From Verrucomicrobiota bacterium (GTDB lineage Bacteria > Verrucomicrobiota > Verrucomicrobiia > Verrucomicrobiales > DEV007), in the NCBI GenBank assembly GCA_045046875.1, contig JASFYY010000149.1, forward strand, positions 1-64,000: a stretch of DNA of 64,000 bases, in the 5' to 3' direction. Positions 57,221-64,000 of this stretch are shown here, piece by piece (the first letter of the stretch is position 1; every line of letters begins with the position of its first letter). The position numbers were made by a program, and so were the translations under genes. The notes beneath the pieces are model-generated. The model did no database searches. It was not told where the DNA came from and saw only the letters and a program-made list of their open reading frames with translations.

Positions 57221-59140
57221 TCACATCACCTGCGCCTCAGCAATCGACAGCACCTCCTCATACGGCAATCTTCTCAACAAACCCCAATCATCCTTGAAAT
57301 ACAATCTCCAGCGATTCATCGCCGGGCTGTTAATACCACACAAAAACCTCGCCAAGCGCTGCGGGGATGCTAACGCCGCATGACGAGTGGCCACCAGCGC
57401 CTGAATTTTCTCGATCTCTTCCAAGCTCACCTCCTCTATTTCCGATCTCGGCAAGTTGCGCAACCGTTTTCCCCCGATGCAACTCGAACAAGTTCCGCAT
57501 GGCTGCTCCAATTTTTCTCCAAAGTGTTTCAACAAAGCCGAAGTGATACAAGCCCGTGTCGTCGCCGTGTGGAACACCGCATTGATGCGTTCAAGATCGC
57601 GCTCGGTATGTTTCTTAAAAGTAACATATAATTCCTCCGCCAGATCAGGGACGGATTGCGGTGCTCTTACGATCCGGTAAAGATGCAAACGATGTGTGCG
57701 CCGTAAGCCAATATCGCCCCCCAATTCCAGATCTTCCAACAGATCATTCAAAACCTCGATTTTCATCTCAAGCTGACCAGCTAATTCCAACAAATCCAGA
57801 TTACCCTTCAGCTCAAATAAAGTCACAATCGCTTTGCGTTTTTTCCCAACATAGGCGGACAGAATATCTTCAGCGTCAAACAAAGGGCGAACCCTCCCAC
57901 GTTTCCACGAACGACTCTTCAGTTTCAAAAATCCGGCGATCTCAAGCCGTGCCAGTAAAATATCCACCACCGCCTCCGGCAGATCGTGCATCGTTTGCAA
58001 ATCGTAGCGCGAAACCACCGCTGTTGAGCCCTGAGAAAAAATCGCCCGTAACACGCTCTCGATCACTCTGGCTGAAGGTCTATTCGCTTGCACAAAATTC
58101 TCCAGCACCCGCCGATCATCTTCACAAGCCAGCAGTTCACAATACGCCACCTCCCCATCCCGCCCGGCCCGGCCACTTTCCTGCATCCAGCCCTCCGGGG
58201 ATTTGGGAGCATGATAATGCACCACCGAACGGATATCCGGCATATCCACACCCATTCCAAAAGCGATGGTCGCACAAATAACCGGGAATTCGTGATTCAT
58301 GAAACCATCCTGCACCTCCGCCCGTCCCTCGGCATTCATTCCTGCATGATAGGACCGGGTTTGCAATCCCTGTTCGCAGAGAAAAGCCGCAATGTTTTCC
58401 ACATCCTCGCGCCGCGTTGCATAGACCACTGCTGGCAAGCGACCGTTCTGCTGCAACAATTCAAACAAACGGCCATCACGTTGCCCGCCACCCACTGGAT
58501 GAATCCGATATTGAAGATTTTCCCGGTGAAAAGGCGTGCGCACTTCGTCAGCTTTTTTAATCCCAAAAACCTTGCGCACCTCTCTCGCCACCTGGGTGGT
58601 CGCGGTCGCCGTCAAAGCCAGCACTGCTGCTGGTTTTAATTTTCCCACTATTTTAGGCAGGCGCAAATAAGCCGGGCGAAAACTATGTCCCCACTCCGAA
58701 ACACAATGCGCCTCGTCCACCGCCACCAAGGCCACCTCCACGCCACGCAAAGCTTGCAACAATTCTTCATCCGCCAAACCCTCTGGCGACACATACAACA
58801 AAGCCAGTTGCCGTTCGCAGACCGCCTGCAGCACCCTCGCCCGCTCCTGCGGCGAACAAGAAGAATCCAATCGCGCCGCCGCCAAACCCTTCTCGAGCAG
58901 CGCATCCACCTGATCCCGCATCAAAGCAATCAGTGGTGATATCACCACCGTCAAAGCTCCATCTTCTCGAATCACGGCCGGATACTGATAACACAGCGAC
59001 TTGCCGCCCCCCGTCGGAAAAATCGCCAGAGTGTTCACCCCAGCCAACAATTGTCCAATCACGGCTTCCTGCCCTGGACGAAACTGCCCAAAGCCGAAGT
59101 GTGTTTGCAGAGCGACTGTATCGGCCATCATGTCTTTCAT
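57221..59140 (-). CDS. recQ: RecQ-family ATP-dependent DNA helicase
   Basis: PTGGGKSLCYQ, VDEAHCVSEWGHSFRP, ATIAFGMG, QESGRAGRDG, Zn motif CGTCSSC. Confidence 0.92.
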   Translation of the reverse strand: MKDMMADTVALQTHFGFGQFRPGQEAVIGQLLAGVNTLAIFPTGGGKSLCYQYPAVIREDGALTVVISPLIALMRDQVDALLEKGLAAARLDSSCSPQERARVLQAVCERQLALLYVSPEGLADEELLQALRGVEVALVAVDEAHCVSEWGHSFRPAYLRLPKIVGKLKPAAVLALTATATTQVAREVRKVFGIKKADEVRTPFHRENLQYRIHPVGGGQRDGRLFELLQQNGRLPAVVYATRREDVENIAAFLCEQGLQTRSYHAGMNAEGRAEVQDGFMNHEFPVICATIAFGMGVDMPDIRSVVHYHAPKSPEGWMQESGRAGRDGEVAYCELLACEDDRRVLENFVQANRPSARVIESVLRAIFSQGSTAVVSRYDLQTMHDLPEAVVDILLARLEIAGFLKLKSRSWKRGRVRPLFDAEDILSAYVGKKRKAIVTLFELKGNLDLLELAGQLEMKIEVLNDLLEDLELGGDIGLRRTHRLHLYRIVRAPQSVPDLAEELYVTFKKHTERDLERINAVFHTATTRACITSALLKHFGEKLEQPCGTCSSCIGGKRLRNLPRSEIEEVSLEEIEKIQALVATRHAALASPQRLARFLCGINSPAMNRWRLYFKDDWGLLRRLPYEEVLSIAEAQVM

Positions 59141-59196
59141 CCAAATGCAGTCTTAACAATCACCACCCTATCTCTATTACTTGATTTTTTCACCCG

Positions 59197-60333
59197 TCAT
59201 TTTAAAAAAAGCTGGTAATACTCCTTAAAGAAAAACACCCGGTTCCTTCGCTGCCCGGTAAGCTCGTCTAACACCTTGTTTTTCATCAGCAAGGCAATAA
59301 GCCGATCCGCCGTAGTCTGACTAACCCCAAGCTTTCCCGCAATCTCTACAGAGGTGATAATCGGGTTACTATAGAGATAGTTAACAAATTTTGTAGCGTT
59401 CGGAGTGGCACGCCCAAAAGTCTCCAACAGAGCCGTCGTGCGATTACGCAGTTCGAAAATATTACGGAAAGTATCAACCGCATTTTTGGAAGTTTCGATG
59501 ATACCTACAAGAAAAAAACGGATCCAGTGGGTCAAGTCATGTGTATTTCTAACCTGAGTTAAAGCGTCGTAATAATGACTTCGATGTTTTTCCAGATACG
59601 ACGAAAGATACAGGCAAGGGTAATCCAGCAGTCCCTTGTCCACGAGGTAAAGAGTGATCAGCAAACGCCCAATTCGCCCGTTGCCGTCGAGAAATGGGTG
59701 GATAGTCTCAAACTGGTAGTGGCTGATCGCAATCCGAATAAGATGCGGAACATGTATCGACTCATTGTGCCAGAAAGCTTCAAGGTCACCTAGCAACACG
59801 GGGAGATCTTCATGATGAGGAGGAATAAACACGGCATCCTGAATCGAAGCGCCACCAACCCAGTTCTGACTGCGCCGAAATTCTCCCGGCGATTTTTTTT
59901 CGCCGCGCGTCCCCTGAAGCAAAATTCCATGCGTATCGCAAAGTAAACGATTGCAAAGTGGCAGAGAGTTGAGTTTAACAAGTGCCCGTTTCATAGCTTC
60001 GACATAGTTTCTCACCTCTTGCCAATCGTCGCGCTTTTCAGGTGCAATGTCCGCTGGGTCTTCCCGTAATGCCTCTGCCATCCCAGTTTCAGTGCCCTCA
60101 ATGCGACTGGAACTTTGAGCCTCTTTCACCACATGCATTTGGATAAAGCGATCGAGATCAGGAACAACAATGGACAAACCGTTGAGCTCTCCCAGCCTGC
60201 GATTTGCTTCGGCAAGAAGCGTATCAAGCTCTGGCAGATCCCAGCTCCACTGCGTATTAACCAAAGAGGGAAAAAAGCTCTTATACCGATACTGGTCCTG
60301 CCAAATGCCCGAGCGATATTCAGTGATATTCAT
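59197..60333 (-). CDS. Fic-family AMP transferase with an internal inhibitory helix and C-terminal HTH
   Basis: HPFLDGNGRIGR catalytic motif; SSRIEG inhibitory motif. Confidence 0.93.
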   Translation of the reverse strand: MNITEYRSGIWQDQYRYKSFFPSLVNTQWSWDLPELDTLLAEANRRLGELNGLSIVVPDLDRFIQMHVVKEAQSSSRIEGTETGMAEALREDPADIAPEKRDDWQEVRNYVEAMKRALVKLNSLPLCNRLLCDTHGILLQGTRGEKKSPGEFRRSQNWVGGASIQDAVFIPPHHEDLPVLLGDLEAFWHNESIHVPHLIRIAISHYQFETIHPFLDGNGRIGRLLITLYLVDKGLLDYPCLYLSSYLEKHRSHYYDALTQVRNTHDLTHWIRFFLVGIIETSKNAVDTFRNIFELRNRTTALLETFGRATPNATKFVNYLYSNPIITSVEIAGKLGVSQTTADRLIALLMKNKVLDELTGQRRNRVFFFKEYYQLFLK

Positions 60334-60452
60334 CCGACTTTAAGTAAAAACATAAATGCGAATAACAGATTAATCGACTTTAAATGTATTGTAAAATGCT
60401 GATATCGACCTAGACGCATTTACAGGGCGATTAAAGCAACTTCAATCCCTCC

Positions 60453-61847
60453 CTACCCGAACACCAACTTACAGATCACCACCGCCGCTATAATCCCCGC
60501 CGCATCAGCACACAATCCCGCTGCCAGGGCATGCCGGGTTCGCCTAATCCCCACACTGCCAAAATACACCGCCAACACATAAAAAGTCGTCTCAGTCGAA
60601 CCAAACATCGTCGCCGCTGTGTATTTCAGGGTATCGCCAATGCCCTCATTGGTCAAAATCTCCACCAACACCCCCTGACTTCCACTGCCACTGAGCGGAC
60701 GCATCAGGGCCATCGGTACCAACTCAACGGGAAAGCTCACCAGATCCAAAAGCGGACGCAGCACGTTCTGCAAAACCAACAGCGCTCCCGAATCTCGAAA
60801 AATAGCCAGAGCCACCAGCATCGTCACTAAAAACGGCATGATGCGCACCGCCACCCCAAAACCCTCCTTCGCCCCTTCGACAAATTCTTCGTAAACCTTC
60901 ACCCCGCGCACCCAGGCATAGACGATAAAAAACAACCAGATGAAAGGAATGGCCGTCAGCGAAAAAGCGAACATCCAGCGCCGCCATCCGGGCATTTCAC
61001 CCGCTACTTCAGCATGCTCAAGCGTCTCTTTTTCAGCGGCCAACTGATCCAGGATTCCCTGCAAATGCAACTTGTCGATCACCGCCTGATGAAAGTCCGG
61101 CATCGCCGCGATGCAGACAAAAAATCCCGTCGCCACCAACACCGCACACAAGATCAGCGCTCCCCACAGGCCTATCTTTCTCAAACCCTGCTCGCCATCC
61201 TTTCCCTCACCTCCCCCATCTTCTCCCGCCGCAACATCCGAAGCGCCCTTATCTCGAAACACCGGCACCTTTTCAAATAACTTCACCGAAATGATGGCGA
61301 CCAAAGTCGAGATCAAAGTCGCCCCAATCACCGTGCCCATGATCTGATAAGGGTCCGGAATCCCTGCACTGCTCAGCAAGGCAATCGCCGTTACCGGAAT
61401 CAAAGTCACCGAACTGGTATTAATCGCCAAAAAAGTACACATCGCGTTGCTCGCCGTGCCTTTATTCGGATTCAAATCATCCAAATGCTGCATCGCCTTC
61501 AAGCCGAGCGGGGTCGCCGAGTTCCCCAGGCCCAGCACATTGGCCGCCATGTTCATGATCATCGCCCCCATCGCCGGATGATCCGCCGGCACATCAGGGA
61601 ACAACCACTTCATCACCGGACGCACCGCCCGCGCCACCAGATCGATCATGCCCGATTTCTCCGCCAGACGCATCACTCCCAACCAAATCATCATGATCGC
61701 CGCCAATGGCAGAGCGATATTCATCACCCCGATCCGCGCCATCGCAAAAGCCCCGTCGATAATTCCATCCTCACCACCAAAACGCCCTAACAAACCCGCT
61801 ACGCAGATCCCGATGATTATCAAAGTAGCCCAGATGTAGTTAAGCAT
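60453..61847 (-). CDS. Fused SpmA/SpmB nucleoside-recognition (gate) membrane protein
   Basis: MLNYIW, LGLGNSATPLGLKAM, FVEGAKEG, RPLSGSG, GSTETTFYV. Confidence 0.9.
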   Translation of the reverse strand: MLNYIWATLIIIGICVAGLLGRFGGEDGIIDGAFAMARIGVMNIALPLAAIMMIWLGVMRLAEKSGMIDLVARAVRPVMKWLFPDVPADHPAMGAMIMNMAANVLGLGNSATPLGLKAMQHLDDLNPNKGTASNAMCTFLAINTSSVTLIPVTAIALLSSAGIPDPYQIMGTVIGATLISTLVAIISVKLFEKVPVFRDKGASDVAAGEDGGGEGKDGEQGLRKIGLWGALILCAVLVATGFFVCIAAMPDFHQAVIDKLHLQGILDQLAAEKETLEHAEVAGEMPGWRRWMFAFSLTAIPFIWLFFIVYAWVRGVKVYEEFVEGAKEGFGVAVRIMPFLVTMLVALAIFRDSGALLVLQNVLRPLLDLVSFPVELVPMALMRPLSGSGSQGVLVEILTNEGIGDTLKYTAATMFGSTETTFYVLAVYFGSVGIRRTRHALAAGLCADAAGIIAAVVICKLVFG

Positions 61848-61893
61848 GAGGAGTCAGAAGTTAAAAGTCCGGAGCAAGAATACAGAAGGCAGA
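61848..61893. repeat. Degenerate heptamer array (purine-rich on +)
   Basis: AGTCAGA AGTTAAA AGTCCGG AGCAAGA ATACAGA AGGCAGA. Confidence 0.6.
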
Positions 61894-62205
61894 TCATCTC
61901 CTGCCCACCTTACGGTTACTTTCCTGTTTGAGAAACAATGGCAGCAAATTTTCTTCGATCCAAGCAAAACCTGCTTCCATTCCCTGATTCTGATAAATCA
62001 CTCCGATCTCCGCCTCCACCACGGTTGGATTACCCACAGCAGAAAGGAATTGATTGCAAGTCATGCGCGCCAGCATTTCACCATCCATCGCTCCTTTTAA
62101 TTTCAAAATATAAGACCTCGCATACAAATCGAGTACCGTATCACCGATCCACGCCTCAGCACGAACCTGCGGATCACGCGCATTTCTTTTTTCTAGTTTT
62201 CCCAT
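61894..62205 (-). CDS. Minimal RNase III-domain-like protein (no dsRBD)
   Basis: EAWIGDTVLDLYAR and VEAEIGVIY...G resemble the RNase III/Mini-III signature helices. Confidence 0.55.
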   Translation of the reverse strand: MGKLEKRNARDPQVRAEAWIGDTVLDLYARSYILKLKGAMDGEMLARMTCNQFLSAVGNPTVVEAEIGVIYQNQGMEAGFAWIEENLLPLFLKQESNRKVGRR

Positions 62206-62240
62206 TCTATCTCCTTACTTCTTACTCCTATCTCCTGCCC
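62206..62240. repeat. Degenerate heptamer array (pyrimidine-rich on +), inverted relative to 61848-61893
   Basis: TCTATC TCCTTAC TTCTTAC TCCTATC TCCTGCC. Confidence 0.6.
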
Positions 62241-62241
62241 T

Positions 62242-63297
62242 TCAAAGCAACTCCATCTGAGCCTCATTTTCACCCTCTTTTTCTTTTGCCACAAAACGCA
62301 CCCCACTGCCGATCAAGCGCACCGCCTTGCCGTCACCACGATGCCAGGCTTCACGCAACAACTCAAAAAAGGCCTCCCGCTGCACCACCTTCATCGCTCG
62401 TTGTGCTGTCGTCACACTAAAATCATCAAACTTCAACTTCACAAATCCCTCGCGAATATGGCGCTCACGATGCCCCTTTTCGTAGTCCGCCGCCAAGTCG
62501 TCCAACAAATCCACCAAGCGCAGTTCGCCCTGCTCGACATCTTTTACATCTTCGGAAAAAGTCCGCTCATTGCTCACCGATTTGCGCTCCCGATCCGGGT
62601 TCACCTCCCGCTTATCAATACCGCGACAGAGCTCGTGCAACTGTTGACCAAATTTCCCAAACCGCTGATCCAATTCCACCAAGCTGCGCTGTTGCAAATC
62701 CCCACAGGTTTTCAAATCCAACCGATGCAGTTTTTCCGCCGTGCGCTTGCCCACTCCCCATATCTTTTCCACCGGCAAATCCTGCATAAATACCGCCACC
62801 TCATCCTTGTGAATCTCATACTGACCATCCGGCTTTTCCCAATCACTGGCGATCTTGGCCAAAAACTTATTCGGCGCGATGCCCGCCGAAGCCGTCAACC
62901 GGGTCGCTTCCTTGATCCTTGCCCGCACCTCCGCTGCCACCGACCCACCCTCGGAATACAAGTGACTCACATCCAGATACGCTTCGTCCAATGACAAAGG
63001 CTCCACCAAATCCGTAAACTCCTCGAACACCCGCCGAATCAGCTGTGAAGTCTCACGATACAATTCAGAATTCACCGGCACCACCACCAGTTGGGGACAT
63101 TTGCGCAGCGCCAGATAGGTAGGCATCGCCGAGTGACATCCAAACTTGCGTGCTTCGTAATTACAAGTCGTCAACACTCCACGATCCCGTCCTCCCACCG
63201 CCAGGGGCCTGCCCGCTAATTCCGGGCGCTCGCGCATCTCGATCGCCGCATAAAAGCAATCCATATCGATGTGCAATATTTTCCTCTCCCGCTCCAT
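62242..63297 (-). CDS. dinB: DNA polymerase IV
   Basis: HIDMDCFYA, NYEARKFG, SLDEAYLD, KFLAKIASD, WGVG, VRLIG. Confidence 0.96.
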   Translation of the reverse strand: MERERKILHIDMDCFYAAIEMRERPELAGRPLAVGGRDRGVLTTCNYEARKFGCHSAMPTYLALRKCPQLVVVPVNSELYRETSQLIRRVFEEFTDLVEPLSLDEAYLDVSHLYSEGGSVAAEVRARIKEATRLTASAGIAPNKFLAKIASDWEKPDGQYEIHKDEVAVFMQDLPVEKIWGVGKRTAEKLHRLDLKTCGDLQQRSLVELDQRFGKFGQQLHELCRGIDKREVNPDRERKSVSNERTFSEDVKDVEQGELRLVDLLDDLAADYEKGHRERHIREGFVKLKFDDFSVTTAQRAMKVVQREAFFELLREAWHRGDGKAVRLIGSGVRFVAKEKEGENEAQMELL

Positions 63298-63334
63298 GAC
63301 TACAGCCTAACGCCTACCTTCCTACCATCTTCCC

Positions 63335-64000
63335 TCATCGCTGCACTGGATGCCGCCGCGTCAAAACCTCCTCATCTTCCGTGCGCTTGATTCCACGGAA
63401 CAAAAATACGATCACCAACAAAGCCGCCACCCCCAAAGATCCCGAATAGTAAAACAAGGTCGTTAAACTCCGCTCAGCCACCATACCCGCAATCAAACCA
63501 CCAATCACCCGCGAACAGCCTCCAACCATCATCGTGTAAACGCCTTGAATTGAATTGCGAAACTCATTGCCTGCCAACCGGTTGAAAAACATCACCGGCA
63601 CCACATACAGAGCCAACGCCTCAATGCCATGCCCCACTTGAGTGATCAATACCACGCGAATATCTGGATAGACCGCCAGCAACAACATCCTCAGAGCCAT
63701 AAAAAACAAACCCGCCACCAGAATCCCCTTCAAGCGAATCAAGCGTTGCAGCCTCGGCATCATCAGGGTAAAACCGATTTCCAACACCACCCCGATACTC
63801 AAATACAAACCTATTTGCGACGACTTGATCCCTATCACCTCGGAATAATACAACGAGATATAACCGTAATAGGCCGTTGAAGCGGCAAAGGCCAATATCA
63901 AACCCAGAGATAAAAACCTCGCTTCCGGCGATACCAAAACCTTCAGGGCTGCCACGGTAGGAAGCCCTTTCCTTTTCCCTCCTGCCCCCTCTTCATCCTG
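63335..64000 (-). CDS. MFS transporter, C-terminal half (5' end outside the window)
   Basis: Six hydrophobic helices; the frame stays open from 63955 to the window edge. Confidence 0.8.
   Translation of the reverse strand, partial: QDEEGAGGKRKGLPTVAALKVLVSPEARFLSLGLILAFAASTAYYGYISLYYSEVIGIKSSQIGLYLSIGVVLEIGFTLMMPRLQRLIRLKGILVAGLFFMALRMLLLAVYPDIRVVLITQVGHGIEALALYVVPVMFFNRLAGNEFRNSIQGVYTMMVGGCSRVIGGLIAGMVAERSLTTLFYYSGSLGVAALLVIVFLFRGIKRTEDEEVLTRRHPVQR

Noticed and set aside
59197..60333. Fic gene as a toxin-antitoxin or defence novelty
   Set aside because: Common stand-alone Fic architecture with its own inhibitory motif and no partner gene.
1..64000. CRISPR array, rRNA, tRNA, transposase, integrase or prophage genes
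   Set aside because: No regularly spaced repeat-spacer units, RNA-gene signatures or recombinase/phage motifs recognised by eye. Small ncRNAs could have been missed.
1..64000. The many 60-250 aa ORFs overlapping assigned genes (e.g. 25775-26536, 28150-28788, 62341-62994, 8288-8917)
   Set aside because: Antisense or off-frame shadows of well-supported genes, with no recognisable motifs.

Overview
Bacterial chromosomal segment, most likely Verrucomicrobiota or another PVC lineage. This is inferred from the DUF1501/DUF1800 pair, a Planctomycete-type cytochrome c, a TIGR03067-like protein and an ECF sigma-Ser/Thr kinase pair; it is not proven. The backbone is housekeeping: accB-accC-thiE-pfkB, pyrH-frr, lysA, a RecQ-family helicase and dinB. 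The most notable feature is a low-oxygen/nitric-oxide region (about 32.5-47.4 kb). It contains a qNor-family heme-copper protein (44870-47359) with the substitutions described for putative NO dismutases (Nod): FeB ligand His->Asn, conserved Glu->Gln and no quinol-site His/Asp. A ferredoxin and a nitronate-monooxygenase/FabX-like flavoprotein follow it in the same direction. Nearby are an NrdR-boxed class III ribonucleotide reductase whose glycyl-radical loop is on a separate 56-aa ORF missing from the ORF track, a divergent truncated globin and Ric/YtfE. Also present: a secreted animal-type heme peroxidase with a two-component system, an AT-rich array of short unrelated genes (49.5-56.9 kb, with an Imm10-like gene and decayed members), and a mini-RNase III-like gene flanked by inverted heptamer arrays. 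No rRNA, tRNA, CRISPR array, transposase or integrase was recognised. All calls come from reading motifs by eye; no searches were run.
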